Below, in pieces: positions 18,660-28,770 of a DNA stretch of 64,000 nt. The DNA lies in NCBI GenBank assembly GCA_963826145.1, contig CAWGVW010000002.1, positions 1,058,170-1,122,169 on the forward strand, read 5' to 3'. This stretch comes from an uncultured Gammaproteobacteria bacterium (GTDB lineage: Bacteria > Pseudomonadota > Gammaproteobacteria > Steroidobacterales > Steroidobacteraceae). The notes under the pieces are model-generated. The model worked only from the letters and a program-made list of their open reading frames with translations, did no database searches and was not told the origin of the DNA. The position numbers and the translations under genes were made by a program. How positions within the stretch are numbered: position 1 is the stretch's first letter; every line of letters begins with the position of its first letter.

Positions 18660-19391
18660 TCAGGAGGACTGCACGGCCGCGGGTGTCGCGACCGGTGCAT
18701 CCACCAGCGCGGCCTCTTCCGCCGCAGGCGGAACGCCCGTGGCCGTCCGCTGCTCAAGCCAGCCGATGAGCGACGTCCACTGCTCGAGATCGTCCCGCAC
18801 GAGATAGGGCTTCATCTCGTGGATGCCGACGCCGAGCTCCGCCGCCTTGATGTAGTTCTGCGAGTCGCGGATGGTCGCGACGATGGGGATCTGCAGTGTC
18901 GAGAGGAAGCGGATCAGGGATTGGTACATGAGCGTCTGGCGCTTCACGCGGTTCGCGATCACGCCGATGCGGTTGTCCTGACGGCGGATCTTGGCAACGA
19001 GCAGCAGGTCCGCGATCACCTTGGAACAGGCGTGGATATCGATGTCCGAGGGCAGCACCGGCACGAGAATCGCATCGGCGCCCCGCGTGATTTCCGGCAG
19101 GTCCTGTGCGAAGAGCGCCGCCGGCGTGTCGGTCACCACACGATCGGTTTCCTGCGGGATGCGCATGTGAAAGCTGCGCGTCGTACGGTTGTTGCGCTCG
19201 AAAGCCGCGATGCCGTGGATGAGCGCCTGGGTCGTCTGCCGCTTTTTCAGCCAGCGCGTGCTCGAGGCCTGCGGATCGTAGTCCATCAGCGTCGTCTTCA
19301 ACCCGCGCGCAGCGTAGTAGCTCGCCAGGTTCGTGGCGATCGTGGTCTTGCCGGATCCCCCTTTGGGGTTCAGTACTACGATGCGCAACAT
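18660..19391 (-). CDS. Orphan ParA/MinD-family P-loop ATPase
   Basis: From Met 19391: MLRIVVLNPKGGSGKTTIATNLA (deviant Walker A). 243 aa. No adjacent ParB-type partner gene. Confidence 0.8.
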   Translation of the reverse strand: MLRIVVLNPKGGSGKTTIATNLASYYAARGLKTTLMDYDPQASSTRWLKKRQTTQALIHGIAAFERNNRTTRSFHMRIPQETDRVVTDTPAALFAQDLPEITRGADAILVPVLPSDIDIHACSKVIADLLLVAKIRRQDNRIGVIANRVKRQTLMYQSLIRFLSTLQIPIVATIRDSQNYIKAAELGVGIHEMKPYLVRDDLEQWTSLIGWLEQRTATGVPPAAEEAALVDAPVATPAAVQSS

Positions 19392-19754
19392 CGGGGCCAA
19401 GTGTGATGCAGTTGGGGGAGTAAGCAAGCGTAGGCACGTGCTATGTCTAATGGCAAGCAGGAGTCGGTCTCGAACCATGAAAGGCCGTGATTCGAGTCAC
19501 GTCGGCAGGCTGTCGGCGCTGCCTATAGTGCGGGCGCGTTTCATCAATGGTCGCCCCATGGAAAGACTGCTGCTCGTACTCGATGAACTCGACGACGTCG
19601 TGAGTGTCCTGCGCCACCTGTGGCTCGGCGTCTCGACGGATTTCACGCGCCTCGCCGCCCGGCGACGGCCGTAATCCTGCCTGGCGTGCTCATCCACGCC
19701 GACCGCGTCCAGCGATTTCCCCTCAACGTTTCCCCCGGACCGGCACCGCCCGGG

Positions 19755-19782
19755 CTTGATTATTTCGCCGCGATCCCCAAAC
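19755..19782 (+). promoter_or_regulatory. Candidate sigma-32 promoter for htpG
   Basis: CTTGATT-N13-CCCCAAAC lies about 40 nt upstream of the htpG ATG. The consensus is CTTGAAA-N13-15-CCCCATnT. Confidence 0.45.
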
Positions 19783-19822
19783 TCGCGCGGGCCGGATTCC
19801 GACGGCTCCACGCGAGATTTCC

Positions 19823-21742
19823 ATGACTGATGCCGGCGAGGCGAAGCAGACGCTCGGCTTTCAGGCCGAGGTGAAGCAGCTCCTCAGGTTGATGATCCAC
19901 TCCTTGTACAGCAACAAGGAGATCTTCCTGCGCGAACTCATCTCGAACGCATCCGATGCCGTCGACAAGCTGCGCTTTCGCGCGCTTGCCGATCCAGCGC
20001 TCCTCGCGGGAAATCCGGAGTTCGCGGTCACCGTCGATTTCGATCCGGCCGCCGGGACGCTGAGCGTCGCCGACAACGGCATCGGCATGTCGCGCGAGGA
20101 TGTCGTGAGTCAGCTCGGCACTATCGCCCGTTCAGGAACGGCGGAGTTTCTGGAGAAGCTCTCGGGCGATGAGCGCAAGGATGCCCAGCTCATCGGCCAG
20201 TTCGGTGTCGGCTTCTATTCCGCATTCATGGTGGCCGACCGGGTCGCGGTCTTCACGCGCAAGGCGGGCGACCCTGCGACGGCCGGCGTGCGCTGGGAAT
20301 CGCGGGGTGAGGGCGAGTTCACGGTCGAGCAGGCCGAGCAGGCCGAGCGCGGAACCCGCGTCGTGCTGCACCTTCGCGAGGAGGACAAACGCTTCGCCGA
20401 CGGCTACACGCTGCGTACGCTCGTACGCCGCTATTCGGATCACATCGCGGTGCCGGTGCGCATGCGCAAGGACGACAAGGACGCGAAGGCCGGCTTCGAG
20501 ACCGTCAATCACGCGCAGGCGCTCTGGACGCGTCCGAAAAACGAGATCAAGGACGAGGACTACCGCGAACTCTACAAGCACATCGCGCACGACAGCGTCG
20601 ATCCGCTCGCCTGGAGCCACAACCGCGTCGAGGGCAAGCGCGACTACACGAGCCTCCTCTACGTGCCGGCGCACGCACCATTCGATCTCTGGCAGCGCGA
20701 CAAGCCGCGGGGCCTCAAGCTCTACGTCAAGCGCGTCTTCATCATGGACGATGCGGAGCAGTTCCTGCCGCTGTACCTGCGGTTCATCAAGGGCGTGGTC
20801 GACTCGAGCGACCTGCCGCTCAATGTGTCGCGGGAACTCCTGCAGGAGAACCCCGAGGTCGAGGCCATGCGCTCGGCGCTCGCGCGGCGGGCGCTCGATC
20901 TCCTCGCAAAACTCGCTGCGGATGATCACGAGAAGTACCTCGTGTTCTGGAAGGAGTTCGGACGCGTCCTGAAGGAGGGGCCCGCCGAGGATCCCGCGCA
21001 GCGCGAGCGGATCGCGCCGCTCCTGCGCTTCGCGACGACGCAGAGTGGTGAGGACGTCGAGCGCCACAGCCTCCAGGACTACGTCGCGCGCATGCCGGCC
21101 GGGCAAAGTCGCATCTACTATGTCGTCGGCGATTCTTTCGCGGCGGCCCGTGCGAGTCCGCACATCGAGCTACTGAAGGCGCGCGGGGTCGAAGTGCTGC
21201 TGCTCGCGGATCGCATCGACGAGTGGATGGTCGAGCATCTGCGGGAGTTCGACGGCAAATCGCTGCACGATGCCGCGCGCGGCGACCTGGAACTTGGCAC
21301 GCTCGCTACCGCAGCCGACCGGCTGCAGCAGGATGAAGGGCTTAAGGAGAACAAGGCGCTGCTGAAGCGCGTGAAGGATGCGCTCGGCGAGCGGGTCACG
21401 GAAGTCCGCGTCGCGACGCGGCTCACCGACTCACCGGCCTGCCTCGTGCTCGCGAAGGGCGAACTCAGCGCGAACCTGCGCCGCCTCCTCGAAGCATCCG
21501 GTCAGCAGATGCCGGCGAGCAAGCCGCTCCTCGAACTCAACGTCAGCCATCCGCTCGTGAAGCGGCTGGATGGGCTCGCCGGATCGCCGCAAGCAGCCGA
21601 GACCTTCGTGGATCTCGCGTTGACACTGTTCGATCAGGCTCTGCTCGCTCAGGGCGGCCAGCTCGAAGCGCCAGCGCTTTACGTCGCGCGATTGAATCGC
21701 TTGTTGCTGTCGGTCACGGCCGACTCCGCTCCTCGTGGCTGA
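19823..21742 (+). CDS. htpG: Molecular chaperone HtpG (Hsp90)
   Basis: [23 protein letters not shown] and the LNVSRELLQ motif. 639 aa. Confidence 0.95.
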   Translation: MTDAGEAKQTLGFQAEVKQLLRLMIHSLYSNKEIFLRELISNASDAVDKLRFRALADPALLAGNPEFAVTVDFDPAAGTLSVADNGIGMSREDVVSQLGTIARSGTAEFLEKLSGDERKDAQLIGQFGVGFYSAFMVADRVAVFTRKAGDPATAGVRWESRGEGEFTVEQAEQAERGTRVVLHLREEDKRFADGYTLRTLVRRYSDHIAVPVRMRKDDKDAKAGFETVNHAQALWTRPKNEIKDEDYRELYKHIAHDSVDPLAWSHNRVEGKRDYTSLLYVPAHAPFDLWQRDKPRGLKLYVKRVFIMDDAEQFLPLYLRFIKGVVDSSDLPLNVSRELLQENPEVEAMRSALARRALDLLAKLAADDHEKYLVFWKEFGRVLKEGPAEDPAQRERIAPLLRFATTQSGEDVERHSLQDYVARMPAGQSRIYYVVGDSFAAARASPHIELLKARGVEVLLLADRIDEWMVEHLREFDGKSLHDAARGDLELGTLATAADRLQQDEGLKENKALLKRVKDALGERVTEVRVATRLTDSPACLVLAKGELSANLRRLLEASGQQMPASKPLLELNVSHPLVKRLDGLAGSPQAAETFVDLALTLFDQALLAQGGQLEAPALYVARLNRLLLSVTADSAPRG

Positions 21743-22382
21743 GCGGCCTGCCACGCCGCAGAAGATCTCGATCGCCGGCCCGGCGGGCCTGCTCGAAGGT
21801 CTGGCGGCCGTGCCGCAGGCGTTCGATGGCAAGCGGGCGGCTGTCATCTGCCACCCGCATCCTCTGCACGGCGGAACGATGCACAACAAGGTCGCCCACA
21901 CCGTCGCGCGCACGTTCGAAGAGATGGGCCTCGCGACCGTGCGCTTCAATTTTCGCGGCGTGGGGACGAGTGCCGGCGTCTTCGATGATGGCGCGGGCGA
22001 GACAGGCGATGCGCGCTCCGCCGCGGACTGGGCTCTCGCCGAATGGCGCGTAGCGGAGCTGTGGCTCGCCGGATTTTCCTTCGGCGCCTATGTCGCTGCG
22101 CGGCTCGCGGCCGCAGCGCAGGTGCCGCTTCCGGTCGCGCGACTCATTTCGGTGGCGCCGCCGGTGAGGCGTTTCCAGGATGCGCAGTGGACGAGTCCCC
22201 GCTGCCCGTGGCTGATCGTGCAGGGTAGCGAGGACGATCTAGTGGACGTGAACGACGTGCGCCGCTGGGTCGAGACCCAGGATCCGCGCCCGGATCTCGT
22301 CGTGCTCGAGGGGGTCGGCCACTACTTTCATGGCCGTCTTCACGATCTCAAGGACGTGCTGCGAGGGCGCCTCGCCAGCTAA
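21735..22382 (+). CDS. Alpha/beta hydrolase (COG2945-like)
   Basis: [14 protein letters not shown] and the nucleophile elbow GFSFGA. Overlaps the htpG stop by 8 nt. Confidence 0.7.
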   Translation: MAERPATPQKISIAGPAGLLEGLAAVPQAFDGKRAAVICHPHPLHGGTMHNKVAHTVARTFEEMGLATVRFNFRGVGTSAGVFDDGAGETGDARSAADWALAEWRVAELWLAGFSFGAYVAARLAAAAQVPLPVARLISVAPPVRRFQDAQWTSPRCPWLIVQGSEDDLVDVNDVRRWVETQDPRPDLVVLEGVGHYFHGRLHDLKDVLRGRLAS

Positions 22383-22412
22383 AAGCCCGGAGCAGCGGGC
22401 GCCGCTCCGGGC
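22381..22412 (-). terminator. Hairpin terminator between convergent genes (hydrolase / HU)
   Basis: GCCCGGAGC-N10-GCTCCGGGC. It is followed by TTTT when read on the minus strand and preceded by AAAA on the plus strand. Confidence 0.6.
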
Positions 22413-22469
22413 CTGATTCGACTGAATGATGAAGATCCGCCGGTCGACGTTGCGGCTCGCCGGTCTTCC

Positions 22470-22781
22470 TCAGTTCACCATTTCCTTCAGGCTCTTCAGG
22501 GCGACGATGCGAACCTTCTTGCTCGCCGGCTTCGCCTTGAACGTCATCTTTTCCTTGGTGAAGGGGTTGATGCCTTCACGTGCCTTGGTGGCGGGCTTCT
22601 TCACCACGCGCATCTTGGCAAGGCCGGGCAGCGTGAACAGACCACCACCGCGCAGAGCCTTCCTGATGGAGTTGCCGAGAGATTCCAGCACCGCGCCCGC
22701 CTGTTTCTTGGTGAGGCCGGTGTCCTTCGATACTGCCGCAAGGATTTCCGACTTGGTCGGCGCAGCATTCTTTTTCGCCAT
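22470..22781 (-). CDS. HU/IHF-family nucleoid-associated DNA-binding protein
   Basis: From Met 22781: MAKKNAAPTKSEILAAVSKDTGLTKKQAGAVLESL...GINPFTKEKMTFKAKPA. AGGAGA Shine-Dalgarno. 103 aa. Confidence 0.8.
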   Translation of the reverse strand: MAKKNAAPTKSEILAAVSKDTGLTKKQAGAVLESLGNSIRKALRGGGLFTLPGLAKMRVVKKPATKAREGINPFTKEKMTFKAKPASKKVRIVALKSLKEMVN

Positions 22782-23140
22782 CGTGAAGTCTCCTGTGAGT
22801 GTTCGTTTACAACAGTCCGGGGTGCTTGCCCCGTACGTAACGGGCGGCAAAGCTAACACATCGAACCGCAGCGGTTAAGCCATTCGGGAAATTTTTTTTC
22901 TCTCGCGAAGGTGTCGCAAACCCTTATTTTCAAGCCTCGCGCGCGCCTGCCTGGACGGAGCGTGCGGACGAGCGGCGCGTTGCGATCGCCGCAGGGCGCG
23001 CGTCGCCACGAAGCGACGGCATGGTCTCTCCTTGAATCGTGCCGCGGCGACGCGTCACGTGAAGCTAGCAGCGCGTCTGCGGACATTGCGCTAACTGCTT
23101 GCAATTGCAGGTGAAGATTTGGTGCCGCGCGCGCCGCGAA

Positions 23141-23677
23141 TCAGGCGCGGGTGATCAGAATGCGCAGTGCCTGCAACACGATGAGCGCGAAAACCGGCGA
23201 CAGGTCGAGACCGCCGAGCGGTGGTATGAGCTTCTGAAAGGGCCTGAGCACAGGGCGGCTCAGGCTGTTGAAGACGGAAGCCAGTGGATGGTAGCCGCCC
23301 TGCGAGACCCAGCTCAGGATGACGGAAAAGATGATCGCGCCGGTCAGGACATAGCTCGTGTTGATGGCGAGAGCGATCAAACCCGCACGCAGCAGCAGCG
23401 GAAGGGGCGCTGCGGCGCCCGTGGCGGCGAAGAGGACCAGGGCCTGGGCGGCAAACTGCACCGCGATCACGGCCACCAGCGACGCGGTGTCGACACGTCC
23501 GATCGGGGGCAGGAGCTTCCTGAGCGGCAGGATCACCGGGTTCGTGACGGCAACAACGACGCCGGCGAACGGATTACGGAAATCGGCCCGCACCAGCTGC
23601 ATCAGGAGGCGCACCAGGAACGCCCACACCACCAGCTGCAGCAGGGCATCCAGCATATAGACCAACGCTTCTTGCAC
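23141..23677 (-). CDS. yggT: YggT-family integral membrane protein
   Basis: 178-aa hydrophobic protein in the conserved position downstream of proC. Confidence 0.8.
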   Translation of the reverse strand: MQEALVYMLDALLQLVVWAFLVRLLMQLVRADFRNPFAGVVVAVTNPVILPLRKLLPPIGRVDTASLVAVIAVQFAAQALVLFAATGAAAPLPLLLRAGLIALAINTSYVLTGAIIFSVILSWVSQGGYHPLASVFNSLSRPVLRPFQKLIPPLGGLDLSPVFALIVLQALRILITRA

Positions 23678-23682
23678 TTGAA

Positions 23683-24516
23683 CTACCTCGATTTGCCGTC
23701 GCCGAACTCCGCCGCAATTTCGGCCGCACGCTCGGCCGCGGCGGTGACCGCGCGGCGCACGATACCTGCGAGATCCGAATGTTCAAAGACGGCGAGGGCC
23801 GCCGCCGTCGTGCCCCCCTTCGAAGTGACCTGTTCGCGCAGGGTCGCCGGATCGTCGACGCGGGCGTGCGCCATGCAGGCGGCCCCGTAAGCCGTTTCGA
23901 CCGACAGCTCGCGGGCCGCCGTTGCCGGCAAGCCCAGATGTCGGGCCGCGACTTCCAGCAACTCCATCAATAGAAAGAAGTAGGCGGGTCCGCTGCCGGA
24001 TACCGCGGTGACCGCATCGATCAGGGTTTCCTTGTCGACCCAAAGCGTAGTGCCGACCGCCGACAGGATGCCCTCGGCAGTCTGGCGAGCCGCCGGACCG
24101 ACCGACGGCTCGGCAAAGAGGGCTGAAACTCCATGACCGATGAGCGCCGGACGGTTCGGCATCGCGCGGACAATGGCGACAGAGGATCCAAGCCAGTGTT
24201 CGAGGTCGCGCACACGGATGCCTGCCGCGATCGACAGCACGACCGCGCCCGTCTCCTGAATGGCCTCGGCCACCTCAGTTGCGGCCCCGCGCATGTTCTG
24301 GGGCTTCACCGCAAACACTACGGCGCCCGCGCCGCGAACGGCCGATACGTTGTCTGCGCTCGTTCTTACGCGCCACCGGTCCTCGAGTTCGCGCCGCTGT
24401 GCTTCGACGGGTTCGGCGACGGTGATGAGTCCGGGCTCTTTGCCGCGCGCGGTGAGCCCGCCGACGAGGCTGCGGGCCATGCTGCCGCCGCCGATAATCG
24501 CGATGCGCTGATTCAC
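23683..24516 (-). CDS. proC: Pyrroline-5-carboxylate reductase
   Basis: N-terminal Rossmann motif IAIIGGGSMA and C-terminal SKGGTTAAAL. Confidence 0.9.
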   Translation of the reverse strand: MNQRIAIIGGGSMARSLVGGLTARGKEPGLITVAEPVEAQRRELEDRWRVRTSADNVSAVRGAGAVVFAVKPQNMRGAATEVAEAIQETGAVVLSIAAGIRVRDLEHWLGSSVAIVRAMPNRPALIGHGVSALFAEPSVGPAARQTAEGILSAVGTTLWVDKETLIDAVTAVSGSGPAYFFLLMELLEVAARHLGLPATAARELSVETAYGAACMAHARVDDPATLREQVTSKGGTTAAALAVFEHSDLAGIVRRAVTAAAERAAEIAAEFGDGKSR

Positions 24517-24575
24517 CTGTGTCTGCTCCTTGGGAATGTCGTCAAAAGCCGTAGTCGCTAGCTGTAGTCGATTGT

Positions 24576-25274
24576 TCAGGGGCGCGGACCGAAGAGTGCA
24601 GTACCTACGCGCACGTGCGTCGCGCCTTCGGCGATCGCGAGTTCGTAGTCATCGCTCATGCCCATGGACAAGGTGTCGCCCTCGACGCCCGCGGCGCCGA
24701 GGTCCGCGAGCAATTCGCGCAGCCGTGCAAAGCGCGACCTCTGCAACACTCGATCGCCCACCGGTGGTGGAATACACATGAGACCGCGCAGACGCAGACG
24801 CGGCAGCGCGGCCACGGCCTTTGCCACAGCGATGAGTTCGGACGGCGCCACTCCGGCCTTGCTGCGCTCGCCCTCGAGATTCACTTCGAGACAAATATTG
24901 AGCGGCGGCTCGCGCAAGGGTCGCTGCGCGCTCAGCCGCTCCGCGATCTTGACGCGATCGACTGCGTGCACCCACGCAAAGCGTTCGGCAACGGCGCGCG
25001 TCTTGTTGGCTTGCAGCTGCCCGATGAAATGCCACGTGATCGCGGGCTCGTTCGCAAGCGCGGCGATCTTGGGAAGCGCCTCCTGAACATAGCTCTCGCC
25101 GATGTGATCGAGTCCACATCTCGCCGCGACCCGGAGCATTTCGACGTCATGACCCTTGGTGACGGCGACCAGGGTGACGCTCCCGGGCGCTCGGCCGGCC
25201 GCAGTGGCGGCCGCGGCGATTCGCAGGCGCACAAAACGGGCGTTTTCGGCCAAATTCTGCGGACCAATTAACAT
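24576..25274 (-). CDS. yggS: YggS-family pyridoxal-phosphate homeostasis protein
   Basis: VTLVAVTKGH (PLP lysine), HFIGQLQANK, LSMGMSDDYELAI. Confidence 0.9.
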   Translation of the reverse strand: MLIGPQNLAENARFVRLRIAAAATAAGRAPGSVTLVAVTKGHDVEMLRVAARCGLDHIGESYVQEALPKIAALANEPAITWHFIGQLQANKTRAVAERFAWVHAVDRVKIAERLSAQRPLREPPLNICLEVNLEGERSKAGVAPSELIAVAKAVAALPRLRLRGLMCIPPPVGDRVLQRSRFARLRELLADLGAAGVEGDTLSMGMSDDYELAIAEGATHVRVGTALFGPRP

Positions 25275-25374
25275 ATTGGGCGTGGCGGGGCTCCGCTATA
25301 CTTAGCCCGCTTTTTTGCGCTGCGGACCGCACTCGTTGCCCCGGCGGTCGGCGCGCACCGGCAAAGGAAATCTC

Positions 25375-26415
25375 ATGGCTGTCGACATCGCCCAGCTGCT
25401 CGCCTTCGCGGTCAAGAACAACGCCTCGGACCTTCACCTGTCGGCCGGCGTGCCGCCGATGATCCGCGTGGACGGCGACATGAAGCGCATCAACATGCCG
25501 GCGCTCACTCATAAGGAGGTACACAGCATGGTGTACGACATTATGAATGACAAGCAGCGCAAGGCTTACGAGGAGTTCTTCGAGACCGACTTTTCGTTCG
25601 AGATTCCGAAGCTCGCGCGCTTTCGCGTCAACGCCTTCAACCAGAACCGCGGCGCGGGCGCCGTCTTCCGGAACATTCCCTCGCAGATCCTCTCGCTCGA
25701 TGACCTGTCGGCGCCGAAGATCTTCAAGGACCTGTGCATGCTGCCGCGCGGCCTCGTGCTGGTGACGGGACCGACGGGTTCGGGCAAGTCGACGACTCTC
25801 GCGGGCATGATCAATCACTGTAACGACAACCGGCCCGATCACATCATCACGATCGAGGACCCGATCGAGTTCGTGCACGAGTCGAAGCGCTGCCTCATCA
25901 ACCAGCGCGAAGTGCATCGCGACACGCTCGGCTTCAGCGAAGCGCTGCGCTCGGCGCTGCGCGAGGACCCGGACGTGATCCTCGTCGGCGAAATGCGCGA
26001 CCTCGAGACGATCCGCCTTGCGCTCACGGCCGCCGAAACCGGACACCTCGTATTCGGAACGCTGCATACGAGCTCGGCCGCGAAGACCATCGACCGCATC
26101 GTCGACGTGTTCCCCGCGGCCGAAAAGGAAATGGTCCGCTCGATGCTCTCCGAGTCGCTGCGCGCGGTCATCTCGCAGACCCTCATGAAGAAGATCGGTG
26201 GCGGTCGCATCGCCGCGCACGAGATCATGATCGGCTCGCCCGCGATCCGTAACCTCATCCGCGAAGGCAAGGTCGCCCAGATGTACTCGGCGATCCAGAC
26301 GGGCCAGGCGCTCGGCATGCAGACGCTCGACCAGTGCCTGCAGGAGCTCACGGCCAAGGGCGTCGTCAGCAAGGAAGAGGCGCGCTACAAGGCGCAGAAC
26401 AAGGACGCGGTCTAG
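25375..26415 (+). CDS. pilT: Type IV pilus retraction ATPase PilT
   Basis: Walker A GPTGSGKST, Walker B DVILVGEMRD, His box TGHLVFGTLHT, and the PilT-specific AIRNLIREGK. Start ATG 25375 follows AGGAAA. Confidence 0.93.
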   Translation: MAVDIAQLLAFAVKNNASDLHLSAGVPPMIRVDGDMKRINMPALTHKEVHSMVYDIMNDKQRKAYEEFFETDFSFEIPKLARFRVNAFNQNRGAGAVFRNIPSQILSLDDLSAPKIFKDLCMLPRGLVLVTGPTGSGKSTTLAGMINHCNDNRPDHIITIEDPIEFVHESKRCLINQREVHRDTLGFSEALRSALREDPDVILVGEMRDLETIRLALTAAETGHLVFGTLHTSSAAKTIDRIVDVFPAAEKEMVRSMLSESLRAVISQTLMKKIGGGRIAAHEIMIGSPAIRNLIREGKVAQMYSAIQTGQALGMQTLDQCLQELTAKGVVSKEEARYKAQNKDAV

Positions 26416-26461
26416 CGGCGCCCGCGCGGGGCCCCTGGCGCACCATCCGACCGGAGCATTC

Positions 26462-27622
26462 ATGGAACGCGATCAAGCCATCCGCCTGATGCAGGACCTG
26501 TTGCGACGCATGGTCGAGAAGAAGGGGTCGGACCTCTTCATCACCGCGGGCTTCCCGCCGGCTGTGAAGATCGACGGCGAGATCCGGCCGCAGAGCGATC
26601 GCGTGCTGATGCCGGAACAGGCGGCAACGCTCGTGCGCGCGATCATGAACGACCGCCAGACGCGCGACTTCGACTCGACGAAGGAGTGCAACTTCGCCAT
26701 CGCGCCGCCCGGCATCGGGCGCTTTCGCGTGAGCGCGTTCGTGCAGCAGGGAAATATCGGCTGCGTCATCCGCACTATCGTCGCCAAAATTCCGACCTTC
26801 GAGGAACTCGAGCTCCCGAATATCCTGAAGGAGGTGGTGCTGACGAAGCGCGGCCTCGTGATCGTCGTCGGCGGCACGGGCTCGGGCAAGTCGACCACGC
26901 TCGCGGCGATGGTCGGCTACCGTAACGAGAAGACGCACGGGCACATCGTCACGATCGAGGATCCGGTCGAGTTCGTGCACCCGCACCGCGGCTGCGTAAT
27001 CACCCAGCGCGAGGTCGGCGTCGACACCGATTCGTGGCACGCCGCGCTCAAGAATACGCTCCGTCAGGCGCCAGACGTCATTCTCATCGGCGAAATCCGC
27101 GACCGCGACACGATGGAATACGGCATCCAGTTCGCCGAAACAGGCCACCTCGTGCTCGCAACGCTCCATGCGAACAGCGCGAACCAGGCGCTCGACCGCA
27201 TCATCAACTTCTTCCCGGACGAGCGGCGCGAGCAGCTCCTGATGGACCTCTCGCTCAACATCCGCGGCATGATTTCGCAGCGCCTCATTCCGCGCGAGAC
27301 CGGCGCGGGCCGTATCGCCGCGATGGAAATCATGCTGAACTCGCCCCTCATCCAGGACCTCATCTTCAAGGGCGAGGTGGCGCAGATCAAGGAAGTCATG
27401 TCGCGCTCGAACCGGCTCGGCATGAAGACCTTCGACCAGGCGCTCTACGAGCTCTACGAGGCGGGCGGCATTTCCTACGAGGACGCCCTGCGTAACGCCG
27501 ATTCGAAGAACGAGCTGCGCCTGAAGATCAAGCTCGAGAGCAAGCGCGAGTCGAAGCTCTCCGACGAAGCCGGGGGGAGCCTGAAGATTCTCGAGGAGCA
27601 GCAAGATGGCAAGGTCTTCTGA
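26462..27622 (+). CDS. pilU: Type IV pilus ATPase PilU
   Basis: Collinear with P. aeruginosa PilU as I remember it (LMVEKKGSDLFITAGFPP, GGTGSGKST, ETGHLVLATLHAN). Lacks the AIRNLIREGK motif. Confidence 0.88.
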   Translation: MERDQAIRLMQDLLRRMVEKKGSDLFITAGFPPAVKIDGEIRPQSDRVLMPEQAATLVRAIMNDRQTRDFDSTKECNFAIAPPGIGRFRVSAFVQQGNIGCVIRTIVAKIPTFEELELPNILKEVVLTKRGLVIVVGGTGSGKSTTLAAMVGYRNEKTHGHIVTIEDPVEFVHPHRGCVITQREVGVDTDSWHAALKNTLRQAPDVILIGEIRDRDTMEYGIQFAETGHLVLATLHANSANQALDRIINFFPDERREQLLMDLSLNIRGMISQRLIPRETGAGRIAAMEIMLNSPLIQDLIFKGEVAQIKEVMSRSNRLGMKTFDQALYELYEAGGISYEDALRNADSKNELRLKIKLESKRESKLSDEAGGSLKILEEQQDGKVF

Positions 27623-28721
27623 GGAACCGGTCGTGGAGATGTCGGAGGCATCTGCGCCGCAACTGCTCAACACGCGGCCGCTCTTCAAGCTCATGGTGGA
27701 GCGCAAGGCTTCGGACCTTTTCTTCACCTCCAATTCCCCGGTGAAAATCAAGATCGAGGGCCAGATCTATCCGGTCAACAAGGCGGTGCTGAGCCCAGAG
27801 ACCGTCAAGCAGGCCGCCTACGGCCTCATGACGCCCGAGCAGGCCGAGTACTTCAACGAAGAGCTCGAGATCGATTTCGCCATTTCCGAGCACGGCCTCG
27901 GGCGCTTTCGCGTGAACGTGTTCTACCAGCGCGGCTACCCCGCGATCGTCCTGCGCTACATCACCGCAGACATGCCGAAGCTCGACGTACTCGGCATGCC
28001 GGAGGTCTACAAGGACCTCGTGATGCAGAAGCGCGGCCTCATCCTGATGGTGGGCGCTGCGGGTTCGGGCAAGTCGACCACGCTCGCCGCGATGATCGAC
28101 TACCGCAACGAGATCCAGTCGGATCACATCCTCACGATCGAGGACCCGATCGAGTACCTGCACACGAACAAGAAGTCGATCGTGAACCAGCGCGAGGTCG
28201 GCCTCGACACGAAGTCGTATGCCCGCGCGCTGCGCAGCGCGTTGCGCGCCGCGCCGGACGTCATCCTGGTCGGCGAAATCCGCGACCGCGAGACGATGGA
28301 GGCCGCGATCTATCTCGCCGGCACCGGACACCTCTGCATCTCGACGCTGCACGCGAACAACTGCGCCGAGACGCTCGACCGCATCATCAACCTCTTTCCG
28401 AACGACCAGCACAACCAGGTGTTCCTGGACCTCTCGCAGTACGTGCGCGCCGTGCTGTCGCAGCGCCTCGTCATGGGCAAGAACGGCAAGCGTGTCGCCG
28501 CCGCGGAAGTCATGCTCAACACGCCGCACATCTCGGAACTCATCAAGAAGGGCGACGTCGTCGGCGTGAAAGAGGCCGTGCGCTCGACCACGGAAAAGGA
28601 CATGCAGAGTTTCGACGTCGCGCTTTACTCGCTCTACAAGCAGGGCAAGATCGAACTCGAAGAAGCCCTGAAGAACGCCGACTCGCGGACGAACCTCGAG
28701 GCCAAGATCAACTTCGGCTAA
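27606..28721 (+). CDS. Third PilT/PilU-family hexameric ATPase paralogue (PilU-like)
   Basis: GAAGSGKST, DVILVGEIRD, TGHLCISTLHAN. It is clearly diverged from the two upstream paralogues. The start is either 27606 (overlapping pilU) or ATG 27639. Confidence 0.85.
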   Translation: MARSSEEPVVEMSEASAPQLLNTRPLFKLMVERKASDLFFTSNSPVKIKIEGQIYPVNKAVLSPETVKQAAYGLMTPEQAEYFNEELEIDFAISEHGLGRFRVNVFYQRGYPAIVLRYITADMPKLDVLGMPEVYKDLVMQKRGLILMVGAAGSGKSTTLAAMIDYRNEIQSDHILTIEDPIEYLHTNKKSIVNQREVGLDTKSYARALRSALRAAPDVILVGEIRDRETMEAAIYLAGTGHLCISTLHANNCAETLDRIINLFPNDQHNQVFLDLSQYVRAVLSQRLVMGKNGKRVAAAEVMLNTPHISELIKKGDVVGVKEAVRSTTEKDMQSFDVALYSLYKQGKIELEEALKNADSRTNLEAKINFG

Positions 28722-28770
28722 GCGCCGCCGCGCGCGGCACCGTCCGGAACGCGTGATGTCATGGGCGTCG

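Noticed and set aside
19440-19480. tRNA-like GGTCTCGAACC motif
   Set aside because: The flanks do not form a T-arm or acceptor stem, and no cloverleaf can be drawn. I found no other tRNA-like T-loop motif in the window.
19558-19674. 38-codon ORF (MERLLLVLDELDDVVSVLRHLWLGV...) in the parA-like/htpG divergent region
   Set aside because: Third-position GC is high, but there is no ribosome-binding site and no recognisable family. It is too short to support from sequence alone.
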